From a virus (Duplodnaviria; Caudoviricetes), in IMG/VR virus record IMGVR_UViG_3300022897_000007, positions 1-39,612 of that record: DNA of 39,612 nt. One strand, written 5' to 3'. A program made the position numbers and the translations under genes. The notes beneath the pieces are model-generated. The model was not told the DNA's origin and ran no database searches. It was given only the letters and a program-made list of their open reading frames with translations. Of the stretch, positions 9,567 to 18,168 are shown piece by piece; the first letter of the stretch is position 1; each line of letters begins with the position of its first letter.

Positions 9567-10330
9567 TTGAACGCCGCCTCATTCCGGTGAGCCATCACCG
9601 CGAACGTGATGGACGTGAACGTCCCGCTCGTGACTACCCGCAAGTAACGTTCGACCGTCTGCGTCAAACCCGTCTGGATCCGCTGCGTGTTCGGTGCCGC
9701 CGTCACCGCGGTGAACGCCCCACCGACCACATCCGTCCACGCGTCACCCGCGCCGTTGTCAGACGACTCTTGCAGCTTGATCGTGCAGGTGGTTCCCGTG
9801 AACGCGGTCACCTGCAGGAACGCCTGCAACCCGAACGCATACGACCCGGTTGCGGCGGTGTCCACCAGCTGGTCCACGCCAGTGCCGTTCGTCGCCGCCA
9901 CATCAGTCCGCTTCCCGGCGGTCAGCAGCTTCCCGTGATCGATACCGATCCCGTTGCCCTGCGCCTGGAACTTGAACACCAGGTCACCGTCCGCGCCACG
10001 CGCACCGTCATACCCGATCTGCTTATAGCGCAGACACGACACCGCCGCGCCGAGCTCCGGCGCCACCCCCAGCATGACCTCGCGGTCCGCCAGAGGAAGA
10101 GTGGACAGCTTGCTGTGCGCGGCACCAGCAGCCGGGTTGAAGAACACCGACGCCTCGGCCATCCCGTCCTTCATGCCGTAGATCCGGCGCATGGCCCGAT
10201 GCCTCAGGCCGTTCTTGTCGAACGTCCCCCGCGGTGAGGAGATCGAGTCGATCGCGGCGTGGTCGTCGGACAGGTCGATGCCGTCGATCAGCAGGAAGCA
10301 GTCGAGGCCAGTACGAACACCAAGAGCCAT
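9563..10330 (-). CDS. Tail tube-like protein (paralogue A) with C-terminal beta-sandwich domain
   Basis: SPRGTFDKNGL..RRIYGMKDG..FFNP..RGADGDL tube pattern, then TIKLQESSDNG..W.DV..RYLRV domain; ATG at 10330. Confidence 0.65.
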   Translation of the reverse strand: MALGVRTGLDCFLLIDGIDLSDDHAAIDSISSPRGTFDKNGLRHRAMRRIYGMKDGMAEASVFFNPAAGAAHSKLSTLPLADREVMLGVAPELGAAVSCLRYKQIGYDGARGADGDLVFKFQAQGNGIGIDHGKLLTAGKRTDVAATNGTGVDQLVDTAATGSYAFGLQAFLQVTAFTGTTCTIKLQESSDNGAGDAWTDVVGGAFTAVTAAPNTQRIQTGLTQTVERYLRVVTSGTFTSITFAVMAHRNEAAFK

Positions 10331-10338
10331 GCGTTGAC

Positions 10339-11580
10339 CTACCGTTCCTGGTTGAAGGCGTTGACGATGATGCACGGGACGTACACCGAGATCGCGCGCA
10401 TGAGCTTCCCGGACTGGTTGATGTACCCGGCCTGGCTGCGCAGCCCCGGCCCGTAGGTGCCGAGCACGTCGACCTGAGTGATCAGGCCACCGAGGGTGAA
10501 CCCAGCGTGGAACGCGTTGAACAGCAGGTTCACCACCCGGGTCATTTCCGGGTCGATAGCGTCGGCCGGTTCGCGCAGCATGTTGTCGTACAGCCGGAAC
10601 ACGAACTCGATCCGCAACGACGTCTTGGCTAGCGTCGACAGTTCCTTGATCGGGTCGATCGACTGGAACCAGACTGCCGCCGACAGTCCGGCCGTCACGT
10701 CCGTCTTCGGCTCGTGCAGCTTGATCCGCTCGAACGCGCCGAGCCGGCCAGCGTAGGACGAGAGAGCGTTCATGATTTGGCCGACGTCGAACCCGTCGGA
10801 CTGGTCGGCGGGCAGCGTGACCTTGATAGCCCCGGCGCGGTAGCCGGTCGCGCCCTCCGAATCCGTCACCGACACCAGCACCGGGTAAATCCCGGACGCC
10901 GTGTACGTGTGCGACTCCGTCACATCCGGGTACGTCGACACCGAGTCGGCGGTGAAGTCACCCCAGTCGAACCGCACCGTCGCGCCGACCAGAGACTCAG
11001 CATCCGTCACCGACGCGACCGCGGTCACCGTGCCATCCAGATCCACCAGCGCCAGATCAGTGATCTCCGGCGGGGTGTTCCCGCCGATCCCCAGCGAGTA
11101 GACGACATCGACGCCGTAGAACCCTCGGCCCGCCGTGCCGGTCGCGGGGAAGTCGCCCGGCGTGCCGTTGAACCGGCCATTCTGGCCACCGGGTGCGTTG
11201 GCGAATCCGAGGCTGGTCACCGCCCCATCGGCGGACACCACGTCCGCGTCCAGCGCATGATTCGCGAATCCGTAATTACCGCCTGACCCGAAGCTGACTA
11301 CCCACTGTTGGTTCAGGGTCCGCTCGACCGGCGTGTCCAGCGGGAACTCGACCCACCCCGCCGACAGGTTCGTCGGGAGATTAATCCGGGACAACTGCGC
11401 GCCGCCGGTGGACCAGATCGTGGCCGTCCGCCCCACCAACGCCACCGGCCCGGCACCCGACCACACCCGGATACCGGTGATCGTGATGTCCTCGTTCGCC
11501 TTCTGCGCGGTCCCCATCTCGTAGGTGTCCGCGTCGATGATCTGTGTCGGGTCCGGCCCGGACCAGCCGACAGCCATCAC
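10339..11580 (-). CDS. Tail terminator-like protein fused to DUF4082-like and PKD domains
   Basis: YEMGT..ITITGIRVW..YGVDVVY (DUF4082-like); FDWGD..SHTYTASGIYPVLVSVTD (PKD); C-terminal HEPK..FTLGG domain in tail-terminator position. Confidence 0.7.
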   Translation of the reverse strand: MMAVGWSGPDPTQIIDADTYEMGTAQKANEDITITGIRVWSGAGPVALVGRTATIWSTGGAQLSRINLPTNLSAGWVEFPLDTPVERTLNQQWVVSFGSGGNYGFANHALDADVVSADGAVTSLGFANAPGGQNGRFNGTPGDFPATGTAGRGFYGVDVVYSLGIGGNTPPEITDLALVDLDGTVTAVASVTDAESLVGATVRFDWGDFTADSVSTYPDVTESHTYTASGIYPVLVSVTDSEGATGYRAGAIKVTLPADQSDGFDVGQIMNALSSYAGRLGAFERIKLHEPKTDVTAGLSAAVWFQSIDPIKELSTLAKTSLRIEFVFRLYDNMLREPADAIDPEMTRVVNLLFNAFHAGFTLGGLITQVDVLGTYGPGLRSQAGYINQSGKLMRAISVYVPCIIVNAFNQER

Positions 11581-11966
11581 GCACCGCCCAGACGGCGAAT
11601 CAGCTGCTCAACGTACGGCTGCACCACAGTGGGGACCTTGCGCTGCAACTCCTGCGTGGTCTCCCGCACCGACTTGTACCCCTTGAACTGGGTCGTCCGG
11701 TTCCGGCTGCCGGTGCCCTCCAGCCACGGCCCGTAGACGATGCCCTGATCGTGAGCCCACACGATCTCCGGTGTCTGCCGCTCCAGCATCAGCTGGGTCT
11801 CGTAGTACGGGGTCGGGTCTTTCAGCCGCTGGTCCAGCTTGTGGTGCCAGTCCGCGAGGCCTTGCGCGCCGACGACCCAGGTGGCCTCGGTGACGAAGTC
11901 GTCGACCATGGGCAGTGGGTTGCCGGTCAGGAACGTCCCGTGGATCTCGACCGAGGTGCCGATCAC
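11577..11966 (-). CDS. HK97 gp10-like tail completion/neck protein
   Basis: YGPWLEGTGSRN motif; position after head-tail adaptor. Confidence 0.65.
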   Translation of the reverse strand: MIGTSVEIHGTFLTGNPLPMVDDFVTEATWVVGAQGLADWHHKLDQRLKDPTPYYETQLMLERQTPEIVWAHDQGIVYGPWLEGTGSRNRTTQFKGYKSVRETTQELQRKVPTVVQPYVEQLIRRLGGA

Positions 11967-13000
11967 GACACACGCACCCGGTAGAACCCGGTCTGAACCC
12001 GCTTCTCCAGCTCGACGAACCGGCGCCCGGCCGCCTCACGCTCGTTGTCACCGGACCCGACCGTGCGCGCGAACCCGCTGCTCTCATCCAGCAGGTTCAC
12101 GATGGTCTTGGCAATGGCCAGTTGGTTGATCAGCGGCGGCGGCCGGAACACCGACACCGTGTCGCCGAGCAGGTGACTGGCCGGGGTGGTGCCACACACC
12201 CCACGCTCGACAGTGAGCTGACGTTGCGCGTAGACCGTGACGCCACCAGTGTGCGCGGCCAACGGCGTACCGTCCCACTTCCTGGTGACCCGCAACGTGT
12301 TGCCGGTGATCTCATCCACCCGCATCTTCTCGCCGTCCAGCATGATCACCTCATCCTCGGTGAACGCGCTTCCGGTGGTCACCGCGACCGCCGTGCTGGA
12401 CTGATCAGCCGACATCAGCACCTGCAGCGTCTGGCCAGTGGTGGACATCGACCGGTTCGTGACCTGCATCCGCTCGCTACCGACCAGTAGCAGCGACCCC
12501 ACGCCGATCTCCCAGCTGGCACCGATCGTCACCGTCGACGTGCTGCTATTGATCCCCGCCGCCAGACTCGACGCCGCCACGTCGTCGACCTGGTAGCCGA
12601 ACGTGCCGGTGATGCTGATCGCGCGCTGGCTGCTGGCCGCCGAGGACCACGCCGCGCTGCCACCCCGGTTGATCTCCAGATGGTCATAGGGCGGACCCGT
12701 GTCCGGCCGCGCATACACATTGCCCAGCACCACGCTCGCGCCACCCGAGGTGACCGCGGTCGGCTGACCGGCCAGCTCGTTCTCACCCAGCCACAACCGC
12801 CACGACTCAGGGGAGTCGAGCTCGGGAATCCAGTCCAGGGTCCGCGTTCCTACCTGCGGGTAGAACTTACGGAGCGTGAGCCGCTCAACGTAGTCCGCAG
12901 ACGACGCGTTCAACCGGTCGATCCGCCGGTTGTTCCGGGCGGTCTCGACCGAATCGAGAGCCGTCTTGACCTGCTCTCTCGTGCAGTAAACAGGCCGCAA
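11963..13000 (-). CDS. Head-to-tail adaptor with inserted beta domains
   Basis: YCTREQVK..VERLTLRKFYP and ITGTFGY..PPLINQLAI adaptor motifs; TTG start at 13000 after AGAAAGG RBS. Confidence 0.75.
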   Translation of the reverse strand: MRPVYCTREQVKTALDSVETARNNRRIDRLNASSADYVERLTLRKFYPQVGTRTLDWIPELDSPESWRLWLGENELAGQPTAVTSGGASVVLGNVYARPDTGPPYDHLEINRGGSAAWSSAASSQRAISITGTFGYQVDDVAASSLAAGINSSTSTVTIGASWEIGVGSLLLVGSERMQVTNRSMSTTGQTLQVLMSADQSSTAVAVTTGSAFTEDEVIMLDGEKMRVDEITGNTLRVTRKWDGTPLAAHTGGVTVYAQRQLTVERGVCGTTPASHLLGDTVSVFRPPPLINQLAIAKTIVNLLDESSGFARTVGSGDNEREAAGRRFVELEKRVQTGFYRVRVS

Positions 13001-13069
13001 CGTCCTCGCCTTTCTTTCTGGCCTAGGGCGCGTACACCCGGACCGTGTGGCCAATATGGAGTTGTGGGT

Positions 13070-13104
13070 GGTGGCTGGTCGTCCCCTTGAACAGGCCAGC
13101 CACC
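13070..13104 (-). terminator. Stem-loop, probable terminator/attenuator between head and neck genes
   Basis: GGTGGCTGG...CCAGCCACC 9-bp inverted repeat just after the 13118 stop. Confidence 0.5.
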
Positions 13105-13117
13105 CTTGCGTACCCGA

Positions 13118-13591
13118 TCAACCGCTGTCGGCGGCCTGATCGGAGGGTACGTCCTTGGTCTTGGTTTTCCTGGCAGACGCGCTACCAGCAGATTCGCCGA
13201 TCTCCTCGAGCACTTCGGTTCCGCCGCTGGTCACCGGCTCAGGATCGGTACCCGAGTCCCGGGCGCCCGGGTCGTCGGGCACCAGACCCTGCCGCTCCGC
13301 CACCTCAGCCCCGCCCGTGCTCGACAGCAACGCCGCCACCCCATCGGTCTGCGACAACGTCTCACTGCCCTCACGACGCAGCTCATGACGCGCCGTCGCA
13401 GCCACCGAGTTCACCGCATCCCACGCCGACCCCGGATCCTTGATCCCCGTCACGTCGACCGCGTCATACACGTTGATCGACTCGTCGCCGCCCTGCTCGA
13501 ACGCATCCCGCGCCTGACACGACGGCTCCGGACAGCGCTGCGAACCGACCGCGAACACCACCCCGTCCCGCCGACACACCCAGTTCGTCAT
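13118..13591 (-). CDS. Hypothetical protein, N-terminal Zn-ribbon-like motif and acidic tail
   Basis: WVCRRDG..FAVG..RCPEPSC; ATGA overlap with upstream gene. Confidence 0.65.
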   Translation of the reverse strand: MTNWVCRRDGVVFAVGSQRCPEPSCQARDAFEQGGDESINVYDAVDVTGIKDPGSAWDAVNSVAATARHELRREGSETLSQTDGVAALLSSTGGAEVAERQGLVPDDPGARDSGTDPEPVTSGGTEVLEEIGESAGSASARKTKTKDVPSDQAADSG

Positions 13592-13770
13592 TCGCTACTC
13601 CCGTCCCGTACAGCCTCAGCGACCGCGGCGGCCGCCGCGATCCAGCCCGACTGCACCAGGTCACCCGTGTCCGCAAAGTCCGGCAGCCGATCGCCGGTGA
13701 CCGCCGACACGCCACCCACCTCGGTCGAGTACGCGTCGTAGGCCACCTTGCCCAGCTCGAACGCCGTCAC
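13588..13770 (-). CDS. Small hypothetical protein
   Basis: GTG at 13770 after GAAGGGG RBS; LGKVAYDAY..W.AAA. Confidence 0.65.
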   Translation of the reverse strand: MTAFELGKVAYDAYSTEVGGVSAVTGDRLPDFADTGDLVQSGWIAAAAAVAEAVRDGSSE

Positions 13771-13781
13771 GCTTGACCCCT

Positions 13782-13961
13782 TCACCACGTCACCGGGCCA
13801 CCGTCCCACACCCAGCCATCGAACCCGCACCGATACTTGCCCTCCGGGTCGGTCTGCAACGGCTCACCATCGTTCGGACACGCCACCGGCGGACCGACCC
13901 GGCTGGCAGCTTGCTCAGCCCGGTCGGTCCGCACGATCTCCAACAACTCATCCCACGACAC
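13782..13961 (-). CDS. 59-aa Zn-ribbon-like protein (absent from ORF track)
   Basis: MSWDELLEIVRTDRAEQAASRVGPPVACPNDGEPLQTDPEGKYRCGFDGWVWDGGPVTW; fills the gap between neighbours. Confidence 0.7.
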   Translation of the reverse strand: MSWDELLEIVRTDRAEQAASRVGPPVACPNDGEPLQTDPEGKYRCGFDGWVWDGGPVTW

Positions 13962-13963
13962 GA

Positions 13964-14473
13964 TCAGCTCTGTCGCTGCTGGTCCTGATCGTGGTCCCGC
14001 AGCCGCGCCGCCAGCTCAGCCTTCGTGCCGGTGGTCGACAGGCCACGCTTGGACGCCTCGCCCCGCAACGTCTCGCCGGTCCAGCTGGGACCGTCGTACG
14101 TCTCCGGGTCGTCGTCGCTGCCCTCGGGTTGGGGAGCGTCTGCGACGGCACGCTCCCCAACCCGGGCCTCGTCGGCCAACACCGGCCGGTTGCCGGTGCC
14201 TCGCCCAGCCGACTCGTCCTCATCGCCGGCCTCGTCGTCGGGTCGGCGGATCACATCCTGCGATGGGTTGTCCAGGCTCCGGAACCGCTCACCCTCCTCA
14301 CCCGGCCGCGCATGCGGCAACCCCGCCGTGTCATCGTCGGGCAGCATGCCGTCCTCACGCGCTTGCTGCACCCGCGCCGAACGGTCACCACCATCACCCG
14401 ACTGCAGCTTCGGCGTACCGGGCGGGTCCTCGGGGAACGACGCCCCCTGCTTCGTGATCTTCGGACTTGCCAT
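13964..14473 (-). CDS. Acidic disordered protein with C-terminal SAP/HeH motif
   Basis: WTGETLRGEASKRGLSTTGTKAELAARL = SAP-like; GAGGAG RBS. Confidence 0.7.
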   Translation of the reverse strand: MASPKITKQGASFPEDPPGTPKLQSGDGGDRSARVQQAREDGMLPDDDTAGLPHARPGEEGERFRSLDNPSQDVIRRPDDEAGDEDESAGRGTGNRPVLADEARVGERAVADAPQPEGSDDDPETYDGPSWTGETLRGEASKRGLSTTGTKAELAARLRDHDQDQQRQS

Positions 14474-14489
14474 GCTCTGTCTCCTCAGG

Positions 14490-14960
14490 TCAGGCAGCCG
14501 CGACGGCTGCGCCGGTGTCCAGTGGGACGTACCACAGATCCCACTTCACCGAACCTGTGTTGGTGGCGGCACAGTCGAGCAGGATGCTGCCCGGCTTGAG
14601 GATCAGCGGCTTGGCCAGCACCTTGTCCGGCGACAGGAAGTTCAGTGCGTCCTGCATCCCGGTCGCCGGTGTGCCCGTGATCGAGTACATCGTGCCGACC
14701 GCGTCCGCCGTGATGTCCAACGTCGCGCACAGGTTCTGTGTCGCGCCAGCGTCCGTCGGGTCGAAAGTCAACTTCGTTGCGTCGGCCTGCGTCTGGATCA
14801 CCGTGGTGACCTCGCCGTAGATCGCGGTGATCGCGACCTTGCCGCCCGTGATCGTGAAAATCGCGGACGCCGTCGTCGCCGGCAACGCCGCTGTCGCGCG
14901 AGACACCTTGATTCCGTACTGGTCTTTCGCCAGTGCGGTGCCTGGAATACCTGCAGCCAT
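14490..14960 (-). CDS. Probable capsid decoration/virion structural protein
   Basis: Ala/Thr-rich beta protein downstream of capsid; GAGGAGG RBS. Confidence 0.55.
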   Translation of the reverse strand: MAAGIPGTALAKDQYGIKVSRATAALPATTASAIFTITGGKVAITAIYGEVTTVIQTQADATKLTFDPTDAGATQNLCATLDITADAVGTMYSITGTPATGMQDALNFLSPDKVLAKPLILKPGSILLDCAATNTGSVKWDLWYVPLDTGAAVAAA

Positions 14961-14972
14961 GTCAGCCTCCTC

Positions 14973-15185
14973 TCAGATAACCCGTGTGGGCGCATACAGC
15001 TCGACGACATCCCAGGACGAAGCCGCCAGGGAGTTGGTACTGGTGATCTCGCCGTTGTCGTCGACTGTCACCGCGCCTACGTCCAGTCCGGTCAGCCCCA
15101 CGAATCCCAGAACCGGGTATTCCTGGTTGTTGGTGAACTGCCCATTCGTCGACCCGGTGTAACGGACCTTCCCTGCAGCGCTCAT
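14973..15185 (-). CDS. Small hypothetical (head region)
   Basis: 70 aa; TGATG coupling to upstream gene. Confidence 0.6.
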   Translation of the reverse strand: MSAAGKVRYTGSTNGQFTNNQEYPVLGFVGLTGLDVGAVTVDDNGEITSTNSLAASSWDVVELYAPTRVI

Positions 15186-15595
15186 CAGACCAGCGCCGGC
15201 AGGTTCGCTGGGTCGCGCATGACATGCAGGTCCCGCAGGATCGCGGTCACCGTGCCCGCGCCAGTCGACGTCAGCTTCACCCGCGAATACCCCGCGGACA
15301 ACTCCGGCGCATCGACCTCAATGCACACCACGTCCTGGCTACCAGTGGTCGTGACAACCGCTCCGGCGGCCTGGGTCACCTTCACCCACGCCGCGCCCGG
15401 CGTGGCCTGGACGTAGTAGCGGGTGATCGTGGCCAGCACCTGGTCACCGCTGCCGTCCGCTTTTTCCTCGGTCAACGTCCAGATATCGCCGGCCGCGTTG
15501 AACCCGATGAACGTGACACCGCCTGCGTTGTGCAGCGGAACGTACACGTCGTCCGCGTTGGCGAGCACGTTGATCGATCGGCCTAGTGCTTCCAT
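15185..15595 (-). CDS. Probable capsid decoration protein
   Basis: First full-length gene after capsid; beta-rich; GAGAGG RBS. Confidence 0.55.
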   Translation of the reverse strand: MEALGRSINVLANADDVYVPLHNAGGVTFIGFNAAGDIWTLTEEKADGSGDQVLATITRYYVQATPGAAWVKVTQAAGAVVTTTGSQDVVCIEVDAPELSAGYSRVKLTSTGAGTVTAILRDLHVMRDPANLPALV

Positions 15596-15611
15596 GTCGT
15601 ACCTCTCACTG

Positions 15612-15667
15612 TCGGGGTGTTAATGCCGAACCGGACCTACCCGGGCCGGGGGCGTTACTGCCCGGCC
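15612..15667 (-). promoter_or_regulatory. Two tandem RNA hairpins with near-identical 10-nt loops
   Basis: mRNA sense GGCCGGG-CAGUAACGCC-CCCGGCC and UCGG-CAUUAACACC-CCGA, just upstream of the RBS of 15185-15595. Confidence 0.5.
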
Positions 15668-15681
15668 ACGGGGCGGTACGT

Positions 15682-15753
15682 CTAACGCTGACGCAGCTGG
15701 GTGCACAGACAGTTAGCCCAGTCGCATTTCACTGTGCAGTGATCCGGCTTCAT
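15682..15753 (-). CDS. Cys4 micropeptide B, 23 aa (MKPDHCTVKCDWANCLCTQLRQR)
   Basis: ATG overlaps capsid TGA (ATGA); paralogous to 22711-22779. Confidence 0.7.
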   Translation of the reverse strand: MKPDHCTVKCDWANCLCTQLRQR

Positions 15754-17099
15754 GCGCGGGTCGCCAACTGCACGAACGGCGAGAGGTTCGCCGAGCCGTT
15801 GTGCGGCGTGATCGCCGACTCCAACCACGGACGCCCGTCGTTCCGCGCGATCAACCGGTACGTGGTCTTGTCGCTGGTGAACTTCACGTGCTCCGAGCTC
15901 GCGGCCGTCATCATCTGCCGGTCACCGATCAGGTACATGGAGAAGTCCACGAACGACAGGTCACCCTGCGTACCCAACGCGGCCGGTGCCCGCTCCGTCA
16001 TGATCACCGGGCGGCCCAGCAGCGTCAGCACCGGCGCGCCGTGCGCGTCGACCAACCACACCGCAGACCCGCCGGTACCGACCTCCAGCGCCATCGTCGC
16101 CAGCTCCACGAACACATCCGGCGACGCCAGCCACACGGCGGTGGCCAGCGAGGACGGCAGCATCCGCGCGTACATCCGGATGACGTTCTGCCACAGCACC
16201 GTGCTGGCGATCTGACCGGTTTCCTTCGCGACCGTGATGATCGCCGTGTTCGTCGACGCCAACGCACCCAGCGGCTCACCCACACCCGTGCCGAGCAGGA
16301 AGTCCAGATCCTCGTAGTAGGCCATGGCCTCGGGGAAGGTCTGCTCGATGAACCCGCCGAACGCCGGAGCGTCCTTCACCAGCTCGTTGGGGACGTGCGC
16401 CAGCGCGGTCTGCTTGGTCGCCTCCAGCTTCAGCGACCCGAACGCGGCCTGGGACTCGACCAGCTCTTCGCCCTCTTCGGTGCGGTAGACCACGATGCCG
16501 CCGTACACCGAGGACACCCGGCTGGTCTCGTCGATCTTCGGGAACCGCAACGTCGCGCTGGACATCGGGATCACCCGCGCCCTCGGCCGGACGATCGCCG
16601 CACCCAGCGACGCGATCAGCAGCTCGGCCCGGAACTCCTCCGGCACCAAGAACCCGCCTTCCGACGGGATCTTCTCCGAGTAGTCCTTGACCCGCTGCAG
16701 CTTCTCCGCGGCGTCGCCCTTGAGGTTCGCCTTGTTCCAGATGGTCTGCAGGTACGCGGCGATGTTCGGGAACTCGCCGTTGAGCACTGCGCCCGGCGCG
16801 TCGGGGTTGGGCTGGTGGCGGCGGGCGGCCCGGTTCTGCTGGACGGGCTCGGTGTAGTTCAGGTTGACCTTGGACTTTTTCGAGTCCATCCCGTTGGCTT
16901 CCATCATCTCGTGGAAGATCAACTGGGTCTGCTCGCGGATCTGCGCCGCGATCCCCGGGTCCTTCTCGTGCATCGTCTTGGCGTACGCCTTGATCAGCCG
17001 CGCCAACCCGCCCTCTTCGGCATACGCCGCCTTGACCTTGGTGTCATCGGCGAGGAAGTCCTCGAGGTCCGCCGGGCTTTCCGGGATTGTGACAGTCAT
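15750..17099 (-). CDS. Major capsid protein, HK97 fold
   Basis: SEGGFLVPEE, GTGVGEPLG, TLLGRPV, FVDFSMY, RNDGRPW motifs; N-terminal delta-like extension. Confidence 0.95.
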   Translation of the reverse strand: MTVTIPESPADLEDFLADDTKVKAAYAEEGGLARLIKAYAKTMHEKDPGIAAQIREQTQLIFHEMMEANGMDSKKSKVNLNYTEPVQQNRAARRHQPNPDAPGAVLNGEFPNIAAYLQTIWNKANLKGDAAEKLQRVKDYSEKIPSEGGFLVPEEFRAELLIASLGAAIVRPRARVIPMSSATLRFPKIDETSRVSSVYGGIVVYRTEEGEELVESQAAFGSLKLEATKQTALAHVPNELVKDAPAFGGFIEQTFPEAMAYYEDLDFLLGTGVGEPLGALASTNTAIITVAKETGQIASTVLWQNVIRMYARMLPSSLATAVWLASPDVFVELATMALEVGTGGSAVWLVDAHGAPVLTLLGRPVIMTERAPAALGTQGDLSFVDFSMYLIGDRQMMTAASSEHVKFTSDKTTYRLIARNDGRPWLESAITPHNGSANLSPFVQLATRA

Positions 17100-17911
17100 C
17101 AGGTCCGTGCCTCCTTCAGTGCCCTACGGAATACGTCAGGGTCAAACGCCGCCTCTACTGGCGGGGGCTTGTCTGCCATGGCGTCGGTGATCGAACCGGC
17201 GAACGGCTCCCCGACGGGAATAATCTTGGCTGCTGGCTTGGGGGCGTTGGCGTAGACCGACAGGTCCCACGCCGCGAACGCCATCTGCTCCTCAGCCGGA
17301 GCAGGCGTCGGCGCGGCATCGGTCACCGCGTCCGCCAAACCAGCAGCCACGACCTCAGCGCCACCGACGTACCAGGTCTCCGCCCGCATCAACGCGCGCC
17401 ACTCGTCCGGCTCACCACCAGCCTTGACCGCGTACATCCCGGCCATGTTCTGCGACGTGCGGTCGAGCAGGTCCGCGTACTTGTGCAGCACCTCAGCGTT
17501 GCCCTGCTCGAAACCCCACCCATCGTGGATCATGACCTGGGCGTTCGGCGCGACCTCGACCCGGTTGCCCGCAGCCATGATCACACTGGCGGCGGACGCG
17601 GCCACGCCCTCGACCACCATCGTCACCAGCCCAGCGTGCGCCCGGAAGTTGTTGTAGATCGCGATCGCCTCGAACACATCCCCCCCAGGCGAGTTGACGT
17701 GCACCGTGACCGGGCCGTCCCCGATGGCCTGCAGGGCTTGCACGATCTCCGCCGCGGAGATCCCCCAGAACCCGCCGTAGGGGTCGATCACGTCGTACAG
17801 CCAGATCTCGCCGCCGCCCGCTGTGGACACGTCCGCGCGCAGCCGGGACGCACGCGGCGCCACCCCAGCCGCGAGAGCCTGCATCCGTAGTTGCCGCCAG
17901 TGGTGCGTCAC
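17099..17911 (-). CDS. ClpP-like (S14) prohead protease
   Basis: VNSPGGDVFEA, AASAASVI (Ser), MIHDG (His), AETWY motifs. Confidence 0.92.
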   Translation of the reverse strand: MTHHWRQLRMQALAAGVAPRASRLRADVSTAGGGEIWLYDVIDPYGGFWGISAAEIVQALQAIGDGPVTVHVNSPGGDVFEAIAIYNNFRAHAGLVTMVVEGVAASAASVIMAAGNRVEVAPNAQVMIHDGWGFEQGNAEVLHKYADLLDRTSQNMAGMYAVKAGGEPDEWRALMRAETWYVGGAEVVAAGLADAVTDAAPTPAPAEEQMAFAAWDLSVYANAPKPAAKIIPVGEPFAGSITDAMADKPPPVEAAFDPDVFRRALKEART

Positions 17912-18168
17912 TGCCCACCACCAGCCGAGCTACGGGGGATCTGGGTGTGGTTCTCCCGCTGCCACTCGATCACCTGCCGGCAGGTCAGTTCCAGACCCTG
18001 AATGTGTTCGGGCGGGCTGCCGTGCGCGTCACACATCTGCGCATACACACCCAACACTTCGGGCAGCAGCTGGTCCTGAGCACGGAAGACCACGACCGGC
18101 TCATCCTCGCCGATCGTGCCGTGCTCAACGGTCACCCGGCCGTACTTGCGATCAAGCCCCATCGCCAT
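17908..18168 (-). CDS. Hypothetical phage protein
   Basis: DEPVVVFRAQD motif; overlaps both neighbours. Confidence 0.7.
   Translation of the reverse strand: MAMGLDRKYGRVTVEHGTIGEDEPVVVFRAQDQLLPEVLGVYAQMCDAHGSPPEHIQGLELTCRQVIEWQRENHTQIPRSSAGGGQ

Noticed and set aside
7257-9590. 777-aa plus-strand ORF and other long antisense ORFs (4137-5837, 14025-15416, 15801-17255, 20996-22825)
   Set aside because: Shadow frames of well-supported minus-strand genes in high-GC DNA; no recognisable motifs or RBS
13124-13159. AADS as an ssrA-tag mimic
   Set aside because: Only four residues resemble the start of mycobacterial tags, and the C-terminal ALAA degron is missing
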